Shown: piece by piece, positions 54,956 through 63,965 of the stretch
How positions within the stretch are numbered: position 1 is the stretch's first letter
How the letters are laid out: every line of letters begins with the position of its first letter
Assembly: GCA_047921395.1 (NCBI GenBank)
Contig: JBLRWH010000001.1
Coordinates: 22,142-86,141, forward strand
Direction of reading: 5' to 3'
DNA: 64,000 nucleotides
Source: Gammaproteobacteria bacterium
Lineage (GTDB): Bacteria > Pseudomonadota > Gammaproteobacteria > Steroidobacterales > XN24
The notes under the pieces: model-generated
Database searches by the model: none
Seen by the model: only the letters and a program-made list of their open reading frames with translations
What the model was told of the DNA's origin: nothing
Program-made: the position numbers and the translations under genes

Positions 54956-56324
54956 CGTACCTCCTCAATGCGGCCGTCGTCAGGTAGCGATCATAGATCT
55001 CTGGATCATTGACTCTCAGCCGGTGTCCCCCGCGTACCTCCCGGACTTGTTCCAGTCGGGTCATGTGAGAAGTCTGTATATCGAAGGCATGCACGTGCGA
55101 CCACGACCAATAGGGATCTGAACCATCCATGACGGTCATGTCGTCATGTTCATAAAGCGCGTAGGCACCGTCGAACGAACGGTAGACTTCGCCGCGACGG
55201 TCGTAGGAAACCATGCCGATCGGCAATAGGGTGCGCGCATCGAACCAGACACGCTTCCGGCTGACCGGAGCCCGCGGGAATCTCAGCGGCTCGGCCTCGA
55301 CACAGATTGCTTCCGGAACCAGCTCCACGGTCGTATCCCAGAAAGTCTCACCCTGTGGACCGCCATGGGTCGGGTGCTGCCAGTTGGGATGCTCGTGGTG
55401 CCAACCACCCGACACCGCTGCCAGCATCGGTCCTCGATCGACAATTCGGTAGTTGCCCCAGGTGTGGAGGGGATCGCCCGCTGCCCACGCATCTGAAAGG
55501 TACAATGACGAGCCCGGCACGAGCGGTTCGAAGCGCTGCGACGTTGGAAACTGGCGAATCCGCCGGAAGGCCGGCAGGTATCCGTGCAACTCCGGAAACA
55601 AGTTCTGGTCGTAGGGCCAGATATTCAGGTACGAAGTGCCTCGGACATCAGCCGGTGCTTCGAAGATTACGCTCTGAAACCGGAGCGTGTTCTTATGTTC
55701 GGGCCACCACGGCTTCGGCTCCATGGATACACGTCCGACCGGGTGCATCTCGGCCCAGACGGACTCATATTCGTAGTTGACGGCACCGACCGACGAGATG
55801 TTGTACTGCTTCACGGGATACAACACGGCATCGTGCCGGCCCCAACTCATGGTGAGGCCGGCGAACAGCTCCAGCCCCGACTGCGGGTCTGGAAACGGAT
55901 GACCGCCGATCCATGGTTCACCTCCGCCGGTGACCACGTTGCCGAGCGAATCAAAGCGCGCGCGACCACGGTTGCGAAAGGTTGCTTCAAGGTATGGCCG
56001 AGGGCTGAGCCGGAAAAGATCTGTGGTGGTCGGCCGCAGCTTGAGCCGTCGGCCCATGGTGGCAATCTGCTCGTAGCGAATCGGGTCAAGCAGCTCGCGA
56101 ACCAGTTCAACGTTGTCGGCGCTGATCTCATCACCAGGTGCAAGCCGACCACCGCTCCATTCCTCGATCGATAACAGTTCATCCGGATAGGCCGCTGCGG
56201 CATCGCCATGCTGCGCCATCACCCGCCACAGTGGAGCAAGCACGCCGGTAGCCAGCACCCCACGGGCCATCTGGCCCAGGAAGTGCCGCCGGCTGAATCC
56301 CCTGTTGTAGCGAGCCAGGTGCAT
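54948..56324 (-). CDS. DUF1329-like periplasmic protein, paralogue 1, with Tat signal
   Basis: SRRHFL twin-arginine leader, GGHPFPDP, YLPAFRRIRQ and KRVWFDA...YDRRGE; family assigned from motifs and context. Confidence 0.75.
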   Translation of the reverse strand: MHLARYNRGFSRRHFLGQMARGVLATGVLAPLWRVMAQHGDAAAAYPDELLSIEEWSGGRLAPGDEISADNVELVRELLDPIRYEQIATMGRRLKLRPTTTDLFRLSPRPYLEATFRNRGRARFDSLGNVVTGGGEPWIGGHPFPDPQSGLELFAGLTMSWGRHDAVLYPVKQYNISSVGAVNYEYESVWAEMHPVGRVSMEPKPWWPEHKNTLRFQSVIFEAPADVRGTSYLNIWPYDQNLFPELHGYLPAFRRIRQFPTSQRFEPLVPGSSLYLSDAWAAGDPLHTWGNYRIVDRGPMLAAVSGGWHHEHPNWQHPTHGGPQGETFWDTTVELVPEAICVEAEPLRFPRAPVSRKRVWFDARTLLPIGMVSYDRRGEVYRSFDGAYALYEHDDMTVMDGSDPYWSWSHVHAFDIQTSHMTRLEQVREVRGGHRLRVNDPEIYDRYLTTAALRRYGA

Positions 56325-56329
56325 GACGA

Positions 56330-58192
56330 CTAGAACTGGTAGCCGACCCGCAGAGTGACTTCGTCGGCCCACTCGACAGTAGACAAGGCGTTGAAGTTGC
56401 CATTTCGTCCGCGCGTGTTGCCGTCAAGCCGAGTATAAAAAGCCTCCACTGTCCAGGGGCCGCGAGGCCGCCAACGCACTCCTGTCTGCGACAGCAATCC
56501 GCCCTCCATGTCGTATAGCAACGACAGATCGAACCGCCAGACCAGGTTCGGAAAGGGTTGCTGGACGGCAAACGCGAGATAGTTGGCGCTGCTGGGGACG
56601 CGAGCGTCGAGTGCGGAGACGTCGTTGCTGCCACCCATACCACTGAGATGCCTGCCAAACATGTCGCTCTCAGTCTTGCGCATGCCTTGGGCGACAAAGT
56701 AGGTCGCGGGGAAGCCTTGACTGAAACGGTGGTACTTTTCGAGGACCAACGCGATGGTCCACTCGTCTTCCTCAAGGTATTCCTGACTCAAGCTCGGGTT
56801 GGTAAAAGCACGGCCGTCGGCGTATTGGACCTCGATGTTCGCAATCAACTGGTCGAGCAGCGAATCCGGCTTGCCCTCGAACACGTAGCTAAGGCCGCCG
56901 CCCAGCACAGTTTCGCGGTGATATTCGCGTGCAATGTGCCCCCGCAATCCGCCGGACAACTGGAAAAAAGTGTCCAGCGTGATACGCGCACCAAGGTCAC
57001 TGTCCACCGGCGCGGCGCCAAGCAAGGCTGACGCCGGGAATTCGATGATTGATGAATTCAGCCCATCGCGGGCGTCCAGCCGCACAAGTGCCGCATAGGT
57101 ATACCACTCCTCCGCCGAAACGATGCCGGACGGGTCTACCTCGAACGCCGTCTGCTCGAACACGAACCCCGTACCTGGCAAGCCGGGAATGTCCCGGTTG
57201 ACGCCACTTTCAGTCCAGCGAAAGGTGCCCTCCGGACCATAGCGTCGCGCCGCGATCAGCTGCGCGGTGAACGGTCCGGCAGGCCCTCGAATCCTCGCGC
57301 CGAAGTTGAGCTCCCGATCCACATCGCCATACTTGTCATGCACAGTGAAGGCTGTGCCGATGACGTTGTAGGGGGTGTTCGGGTTGCCATAGATAGATGG
57401 CCGGAAATGCTGGACGAAGCTGTCCAATTCCCAGGCGCCGAGTGTGTAGGAAACACGTAACGCCGGTGCTGGCACACGCTTGTCGGCGAACTCCTCCGGC
57501 ACATAGTCCAACAGGCCGTGACGACGCAAGTCGAGCCCATTGGGCACATCAAGCACTCGGAAGAACAGCGACTGCCCCCATGCGATCTGCTGGTTTCCGA
57601 AGCGGATGTTCAGGGGACCGCTCTGGTAATCCAGGTAAAGCGATGGGAAATCTATCAGGTATTTTTCCCCCGCAAACTCGAGTGAACTCGGCGACTTCCT
57701 GGCTTGCAGCATCCCTCCCGAGCTCACGCGATACTCGAACAGGTTAGGCTCACCCTGCAGGCGTCCTGCCGGATCGCTGCCTGCCGTGCGCGCAGGGTCG
57801 AAGCTCGAATACGAGTTTGGATCAAACACCCCGCGTGCCTGCACGCGCAGTTGAAGCTTGTCACTGAAACGCGCATTCACCCCGAGTTCTCCGCGCAACA
57901 ATTTCATGTTGAACTCGTTGTTGGCGCTCGGGACATCACGTGTCACCGTATCCGGCACGAGCTCGCCAGTGGCGAGATTGATCCCGAGCCGGTCAACACT
58001 GCGGCCATTGAACAGATTGCCGCGCTGGTTGAAGACATTCTCGTCCGAGGTCGTCTTCGCCGCGATCTCGGTGCGGATGAAGCCATCAAAGTCGACGCTG
58101 AATCCGTCTGCCTGCGGCACACCGACCGGCGCCATCAAGATGGCGAAGGCCACTCCGACAGGCATCAACTTCCAGTTCCTGAGCGCTTTCAT
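56330..58192 (-). CDS. DUF1302-like outer membrane beta-barrel
   Basis: Sec signal, RFGNQQIAWGQS...LDVPNGLDL, amphipathic strands and a C-terminal RVGYQF beta-signal. Confidence 0.78.
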   Translation of the reverse strand: MKALRNWKLMPVGVAFAILMAPVGVPQADGFSVDFDGFIRTEIAAKTTSDENVFNQRGNLFNGRSVDRLGINLATGELVPDTVTRDVPSANNEFNMKLLRGELGVNARFSDKLQLRVQARGVFDPNSYSSFDPARTAGSDPAGRLQGEPNLFEYRVSSGGMLQARKSPSSLEFAGEKYLIDFPSLYLDYQSGPLNIRFGNQQIAWGQSLFFRVLDVPNGLDLRRHGLLDYVPEEFADKRVPAPALRVSYTLGAWELDSFVQHFRPSIYGNPNTPYNVIGTAFTVHDKYGDVDRELNFGARIRGPAGPFTAQLIAARRYGPEGTFRWTESGVNRDIPGLPGTGFVFEQTAFEVDPSGIVSAEEWYTYAALVRLDARDGLNSSIIEFPASALLGAAPVDSDLGARITLDTFFQLSGGLRGHIAREYHRETVLGGGLSYVFEGKPDSLLDQLIANIEVQYADGRAFTNPSLSQEYLEEDEWTIALVLEKYHRFSQGFPATYFVAQGMRKTESDMFGRHLSGMGGSNDVSALDARVPSSANYLAFAVQQPFPNLVWRFDLSLLYDMEGGLLSQTGVRWRPRGPWTVEAFYTRLDGNTRGRNGNFNALSTVEWADEVTLRVGYQF

Positions 58193-58238
58193 CTCTATTC
58201 TCCTCGCTTCTGCTTTCGAGCAGGGGATCTATGGACCC

Positions 58239-59210
58239 CTAGTTGATGCCCTTGATAATCCTGATTCGCCCGCCATGACCGAACAACAGGAATCCGCCCA
58301 GCCGTTCCGACCAGATCGCATCCCCATACCACCCGCGGCTGAAGTCCCCATCAATCAGCTCGCGCCAGGAGTCGCCACTGTCACCGCTGTACAGGACACT
58401 CCGCATTCCCGGCACCAGCAACTGGCGTCGCATCGGACCTCTTGTCGCCCCCAGCAGGTTGGCACTCACCCCCGTATCCAGTTCTTGCCAGCTCGCACCT
58501 TCGTCCTGGGAGCGCAGCACCGTACCGTCCTGCCCGACGGCGAAAGCATTACTGCCGTCCACCTTCAGAGCGAACAGGGATGCATCCCCCCTGCGTAGCA
58601 GTCGCCAGCTTTGACCAGCGTCGTCCGACCGCAACACCATGCCGAACTCACCGGCCAGGGTGATCCGGTTGTGCTCATCGATGTGGACGTCGTAAACATG
58701 CGGCTCATCGCCCGACGGGAAGAATGTTTCCCAGTCGATGTCGACCCTCTGCCAGCCCAATCCGCCGTCCTCCGAGCGAAGCACGGTTCCAAAGGCGCCG
58801 ACCGCAATCCCCTGCCCACGTGTGTTCAGTGCCACCCCGAGAAGTCGCTCTTCTGTCGGCGCCCGCACTGTCACCCAGTTGCCGCCATCCTGTACCGCTA
58901 TCAGCCCGAGCTGCCCTATGGCGACTGCGCGCTCGCCGGAAATCGCGACGGCCAGCATTGCCAGCGGCTCATGTAGCGACTTGTCGGACCAACTCTGGCC
59001 TCCGTCACGAGTTTCCAGCACCGTACCGAGCGCGCCGACCGCAACGCCGTAATCGCCTTGCATGTCGGCAGCGTAGATGTGGCGGTGCGGGCTGACCGCT
59101 GCCAGCAATTCCACCTGGGACACTGCAGGAGCTGTGGCAGTGGATCCCGTGGCAATCAGCGCTACGGGAACCGCAAGCATGACCGCGATGATGCGAAGTG
59201 ACTTGTTCAT
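58239..59210 (-). CDS. YCF48/BNR-repeat beta-propeller protein
   Basis: Repeated AVG..GTVL.(T/S).DGG.SW Asp-box units after an N-terminal signal/anchor; ATG overlaps the upstream stop. Confidence 0.88.
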   Translation of the reverse strand: MNKSLRIIAVMLAVPVALIATGSTATAPAVSQVELLAAVSPHRHIYAADMQGDYGVAVGALGTVLETRDGGQSWSDKSLHEPLAMLAVAISGERAVAIGQLGLIAVQDGGNWVTVRAPTEERLLGVALNTRGQGIAVGAFGTVLRSEDGGLGWQRVDIDWETFFPSGDEPHVYDVHIDEHNRITLAGEFGMVLRSDDAGQSWRLLRRGDASLFALKVDGSNAFAVGQDGTVLRSQDEGASWQELDTGVSANLLGATRGPMRRQLLVPGMRSVLYSGDSGDSWRELIDGDFSRGWYGDAIWSERLGGFLLFGHGGRIRIIKGIN

Positions 59211-60595
59211 CCGCGACCGAGGCGCTGCAATGCCTGGCTGGTGAAGAAGTCGTTGTAGACGTCCCGGCTTCCGGGGCTGTATGCGGTCTGGAAACCTCCG
59301 GTGACCCGCCTGGCCGGCACAAAACGACTCATGCGGTTGGCCTGGTAGTCGTAGCTCATCACGTGCGTCCATGACCAGGCCGGATGATCGCCGTCAAGGA
59401 ATACCTCGCGGTCGTTGGCGAACTGCGCGTACGAGGGCTCGAACGACTTCCAGATGTCACCCCGCCGGTCGAGGGTGTTATATGCGACGTACATCTGGTT
59501 GCGCACATCGATCCAGACTCGCTTCTTGCCCACCGGCGCACGTGGGTAGCCTACCGGTTCCGCCTCGACCACCAGGCACTCCGGCACCAGTTCCATCCAG
59601 GTATCAAAGAACGTCTGGTCGCGCGGACCGCCATGCACCGGCTTCTCCCAGTTGTCGTGGTAGCCGCCCATGAAGTTGCGGCCACCCACTGCGCCAAGCA
59701 TGGGCTGGCGGCCCACGATCTGGTAATTCCCCCAGGTAAGCATCGGGTCGCCCGCTGCCCATGCATCCGAAAGGTATAGCGTCATGCCCGGCACGAGCGG
59801 CTCAAAACGCTGGTTGGTCGGGAACTGTCGAACCCGGCGGAATTGCGGAAGGTAGCCGAGCAGCTCGGGGAACTGCCGCTGATCGTAGCTCCAGGTGTTC
59901 ATGAACGAAGTACCGGCCACGTCATACGGGGCCGTGAACCACACCGACTGATAGCGCAGCAGATCGTCACGATCCCGCCAGATCGTGCCATCGACCCGGG
60001 AAGTGGTGTTCGCCTCCGCCCACACGAAGTCATACTGGTACGCCAACTCACCATTCGGGCCGATATCCCAGTCGCGCACGGCGTACATTGAATAATCGTG
60101 ACGTCCCCAGCTCATGGTGAGGTTGGCAATTGCCTCGACTCCGTTCGCAGGTTCCTGGAACGGATTCCCACCAATCCATGGTCCACCGTTGGGGGTGACG
60201 ACATTGCCGTCCCCGTCCAGCCTGGCGAGACCATGATTGCGGAGCGTGGCCTCCAGATATTCGTGCGGAAACAATTTCGTGATGTCCCGGGTCGACTCCA
60301 CGATGTTGATCCGCCGGCCCATGGTCCGCACCTGCTCGTAGGCCACAGGGTCGAGCAACTCCTTGACGTGCTCGACATTCTCGGCGGTGATGACATCTCC
60401 GGGCTTGATCCTGCCCTTCGTGTAGGCCTCGATGTACAAGAGCTCATCCGGATATGCCTTGCTAATGTCTTCGATTCCAGCCTTTGCAGCCAGTGACCAC
60501 AGCGGCGCGAGCACGCCTGCCGATGCGACGCCATAAAGCGTCTTTTCCATCAGCTTCCGGCGACCGTAGTCGAAGTCATATTTCTTGATGCGCAT
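59207..60595 (-). CDS. DUF1329-like periplasmic protein, paralogue 2, with Tat-like signal
   Basis: GRRKLM leader; collinear with paralogue 1 (YPDELL, QFPTxQRFEPLVPG, YLSDAWAAGDP, PRAPVxxKRVW); GAGGAGG RBS. Confidence 0.75.
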   Translation of the reverse strand: MRIKKYDFDYGRRKLMEKTLYGVASAGVLAPLWSLAAKAGIEDISKAYPDELLYIEAYTKGRIKPGDVITAENVEHVKELLDPVAYEQVRTMGRRINIVESTRDITKLFPHEYLEATLRNHGLARLDGDGNVVTPNGGPWIGGNPFQEPANGVEAIANLTMSWGRHDYSMYAVRDWDIGPNGELAYQYDFVWAEANTTSRVDGTIWRDRDDLLRYQSVWFTAPYDVAGTSFMNTWSYDQRQFPELLGYLPQFRRVRQFPTNQRFEPLVPGMTLYLSDAWAAGDPMLTWGNYQIVGRQPMLGAVGGRNFMGGYHDNWEKPVHGGPRDQTFFDTWMELVPECLVVEAEPVGYPRAPVGKKRVWIDVRNQMYVAYNTLDRRGDIWKSFEPSYAQFANDREVFLDGDHPAWSWTHVMSYDYQANRMSRFVPARRVTGGFQTAYSPGSRDVYNDFFTSQALQRLGRG

Positions 60596-60625
60596 GGAAC
60601 TCCTCCTCAGGGCTGGCGAGATTGC

Positions 60626-63034
60626 CTACGCCAACGCGGTTTGCCCGGACACCGGGTAGATCTCCTCAGTAACTAACAAGTCCGTGCGGCCGATAAACTT
60701 CGGCCGCAGGAACCAGATGAGCAACGGCAAAACGAGCAGCGCCATAGCCATGTTGATAACCATCACCATGGAGAGCAGCAGGCCCATGTCGGCAAGGAAT
60801 TTGAGCCCCGACAGGAAGTACCAGGGCATGATGCCGATGAGCATGATCGTCGCCGTGAACATGATCGCGCGGCCGGTGGTCGTGACCGCCTTGTCGATCG
60901 TGGCGCCGACGTCGCGATCGTGCTGCCGGTACTCCTCGCAGATCCGGCTCAGCAGGTAGATTCCGTAGTCGATACCGACGCCGACCCCGACCGAGGCGAC
61001 AAGCAGCGAATTGATATCCAGCCCAATTCCCAGCACCGACATGCACGCAGTGATTACGAAATTGGACAGGTTGACCGGTACCAGAAGAATCAAGCCCGCC
61101 AGGAGCGAGCGATAGGCGAAACCGCAAATCAAGAAGATGACTGCATTCAACGTGCCGAGGATGACCCAGTAGTGTTCCGCCACGACATCGTTCATCGCCT
61201 GCTGCAGGGCGATCGTGCCGGTCGCCATGCGGATGCTATAGTTCTCGTGCTCCAGTCCGACCGCCTCGACTACGCTGCGAGCCTGTGCGAGTGCATGGTC
61301 CACGGTCTCCTGCCGATTGTCTCGATACCACATTGAGACAGTGGCGTTGCGCTGCTCAAAATCGATCACGTGCGAAAACGCCACCGGACTGGTGTTCATC
61401 ATGGCTGCGGAGGCTGCTGCATTGACTGCTTCCCGGGTCGGATCCAGGGGCGCCCACTTCGCGTGTCCGCCAGCAAACAAGCGATTGCCCTCCATCAGGT
61501 AGTCAGCAAACGAGAGCGTCGCCGTGGGCGGCTGGTAGCCACGCTCGATCAGGTCCTGAATGCGCAGCATCGTCATCACCGCCTCGGCCTGCCGCGCGAT
61601 TCGATTGGGTTCCCCGTCGACGTCGGCCCGGCCTTCGAGCACGATCTCGAGCGTATTGACGCCGGGGAAGTGATCGTTGATGGCGCGTACCGAGCGGTTG
61701 AACTCGGAGTCCTGCCAAAGCAAGTTGCTGCCTTCGACCGGATTGCCAATCTTTATCTGTAGCGCGAGAGCCACCGCGACCACGGACAGGATCACCATCG
61801 CCGTCCCGGTAACTCGCGCGCGCCGGCCATGGCTGAGCCTCGCGACCCGGAGCAACACCCGGTGCTCGAATGTCCCGCCAACCCGTGCTTTCCCCGGGAC
61901 GATGCGCCTCGGGTTCCTCGGTGCCGGCAGGAAGGTGAGCAGAACGGGTGCAAGGAACACCGAAGTGGGAATCAGCATGAGCGTCCAGAAGCCGCAGAAC
62001 AGCGCAAAGCGCTCCATGGCGGGAATCGGCGCAAGCGCAATGAGGACGATGGCCGCCGCGTCGGTAACGACACCGAGTATGCCGGGACCCATCATGACTC
62101 GCAGGGCAGTTTGCGCCGCTTCAACCTTGTCACCGACCTCTGCCTTGACCTCGTAATATCGCTCGGCAAACTGCACGGTATGGCTGAACGCCCGCGCGAC
62201 AAGCAGCAGTGGGACCAGCAGCAGCAATGGCTCGATCGGCGCACCAAGCCAGCCCATCAGTCCAAAGCCCCAGATCGCCGAAACAAACCCGGTGATGATC
62301 GGCGTGAGCACACCCGAAACATTGCGCATATACCCGACCAGCGCCAGCACCAGGGCGACCAGGGTCACACCAAAGATCACCAGCATCTGTCGTTGGTATT
62401 GGAAAACCCACCCGGTGAGCGCAGGCTGCCCCGCAAGATAGACCTCGTGACGCTCATCCCGTGCCGCTTCCACCAGCGCCTGGACGTAGTTGAACGACTG
62501 GCGATAGTCGAGGCGATGTTCGATAAACGTGGCATTGACGATTGTTGCGCTTTCATCGACCGACACCAGGAAATCACGCACCAGGGGTGAGGCCTCGACA
62601 CGACGGCGAAACTCCCCCACTTCCGCGTCAGTAGCCGGCACCCTGTCGTCCATGAGGGGCCGTACATCAACGCCGTATGGCGTGGCTTCCGCGTAGCGGG
62701 CCTTCTCAGTTGTTATCGAAACGACCTGATCGTGATCGACCGCCGGTGCCAGGTCGATATCACGCGTGAATCTCCAGACCTTGTCGAGAGTTTCCGGGTT
62801 GTAGATCGTGCCATCACGAACCTTGATCATCACTGACATCGTCAGCGGATTCCCGAAATTCGGGTGGTCCCGGTAGGTCTCTGCGTAGGGATGCCCCTTA
62901 GGCAGCAGGTCCGAGAAGACCGTCTTGATCTGAACATGCGGCAGGCCGGCGGCGAAGAATGCCGTCACCACGCCCAACACGATCAAGGCAATCATACGAT
63001 TGCCTAATACCAGGCTGGCCAAGCGATGCCGCAT
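60626..63034 (-). CDS. MMPL/RND superfamily inner-membrane transporter
   Basis: Two repeats of one TM, a large periplasmic domain and five TMs; GVGVGIDYGIY and TTGRAIMFTA. Start at ATG 63034 (just after the upstream stop) or 63082. Confidence 0.9.
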   Translation of the reverse strand: MRHRLASLVLGNRMIALIVLGVVTAFFAAGLPHVQIKTVFSDLLPKGHPYAETYRDHPNFGNPLTMSVMIKVRDGTIYNPETLDKVWRFTRDIDLAPAVDHDQVVSITTEKARYAEATPYGVDVRPLMDDRVPATDAEVGEFRRRVEASPLVRDFLVSVDESATIVNATFIEHRLDYRQSFNYVQALVEAARDERHEVYLAGQPALTGWVFQYQRQMLVIFGVTLVALVLALVGYMRNVSGVLTPIITGFVSAIWGFGLMGWLGAPIEPLLLLVPLLLVARAFSHTVQFAERYYEVKAEVGDKVEAAQTALRVMMGPGILGVVTDAAAIVLIALAPIPAMERFALFCGFWTLMLIPTSVFLAPVLLTFLPAPRNPRRIVPGKARVGGTFEHRVLLRVARLSHGRRARVTGTAMVILSVVAVALALQIKIGNPVEGSNLLWQDSEFNRSVRAINDHFPGVNTLEIVLEGRADVDGEPNRIARQAEAVMTMLRIQDLIERGYQPPTATLSFADYLMEGNRLFAGGHAKWAPLDPTREAVNAAASAAMMNTSPVAFSHVIDFEQRNATVSMWYRDNRQETVDHALAQARSVVEAVGLEHENYSIRMATGTIALQQAMNDVVAEHYWVILGTLNAVIFLICGFAYRSLLAGLILLVPVNLSNFVITACMSVLGIGLDINSLLVASVGVGVGIDYGIYLLSRICEEYRQHDRDVGATIDKAVTTTGRAIMFTATIMLIGIMPWYFLSGLKFLADMGLLLSMVMVINMAMALLVLPLLIWFLRPKFIGRTDLLVTEEIYPVSGQTALA

Positions 63035-63035
63035 C

Positions 63036-63830
63036 TCAGACCGCCTGCCCGCTACGCGTCGAATCCTTTCCCCGTCTGCCATCGCGGCTGAAAAGGTCTA
63101 CGAATGCTCGTCCGTTGAGCAGACTCCAAGGCACCAGGAGTCCGGTACGCGCCTTATAGGCCAGCCAACCCGGATGCCGGGACAATGAAACATCCTTGCG
63201 GTACAGGCGCGGCAGGAATCCGAAAAAAGTCATGTAGCCGATCAGGAGCCATGCAAGCCAGTGATCAGCGAGGTAGGCGTAGGAGGAATACAACAACACT
63301 TCGCCGAAGTAGTTCGGGTTGCGCGTGTAGCGGAACATGCCCCCGCTGATCAGCCCCTGGCGATACTTGAGCGTGAAATGCCGCTGGCAGTCTGCAGCAA
63401 TCATCGTGACCACGCCGATCGTGTGCAGTACGACCGCGAAGAACAATTCGAAGTTAGTCGGCACTATGTGGCGTGAAATGAAAAGCCACGGGATGATCCA
63501 GTACAGCCCGATCAGCCCGACGTAAAGCCCAATCGTCCCCAGCAAGCTGATCCCCGCCTCAAGCTGGTGATCACGAAACCCGAAGTCCTTGATCAGCCAG
63601 CAGTAACCGTAAACACCATGAAGCGCGAGATAAACCCAGGCACCCGTCGACCAGTTGTCGTAGACGTACATCATCCCGAGGATGAGGAGGGCCGTAAAAA
63701 TCTTGTGGAAGTTGACGGCGTGATACACCTTCAGGATCTTTTTGCCGGGCGCGTTGAACGACACCCCGTCCACGATTCTCAGCGCCAGCGCAGCCCACGC
63801 TGGCATCGTGTCCAGATGCTTCTGATCCAT
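63036..63830 (-). CDS. DUF1295 / steroid 5-alpha-reductase-like membrane protein
   Basis: Multiple TM helices, YLALHGVYG..W..KD and GMFRYTRNPNYFGEVLLY; AGGAGG RBS before ATG 63830. Confidence 0.8.
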   Translation of the reverse strand: MDQKHLDTMPAWAALALRIVDGVSFNAPGKKILKVYHAVNFHKIFTALLILGMMYVYDNWSTGAWVYLALHGVYGYCWLIKDFGFRDHQLEAGISLLGTIGLYVGLIGLYWIIPWLFISRHIVPTNFELFFAVVLHTIGVVTMIAADCQRHFTLKYRQGLISGGMFRYTRNPNYFGEVLLYSSYAYLADHWLAWLLIGYMTFFGFLPRLYRKDVSLSRHPGWLAYKARTGLLVPWSLLNGRAFVDLFSRDGRRGKDSTRSGQAV

Positions 63831-63909
63831 GGCTCCTCCTGGTTCGATCGGGTGAAGAGCGGCACGCCCGTCGCGCGTTGCCGTCAACCTCCCTGTTGTT
63901 CTGACGTCG

Positions 63910-63965
63910 AACCTAGTTGGACTGCAGCGCAGCATTCACTACACGAACGGGTAGTTTTGCAGTCC
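63910..63965 (-). promoter_or_regulatory. Candidate activator-dependent promoter of the island operon
   Basis: Palindrome ACTAC-N8-GTAGT (63938-63955), nested within the inverted repeat GGACTGCA/TGCAGTCC (63919-63965), upstream of a TAGGTT -10-like hexamer (63915-63910). Confidence 0.5.
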
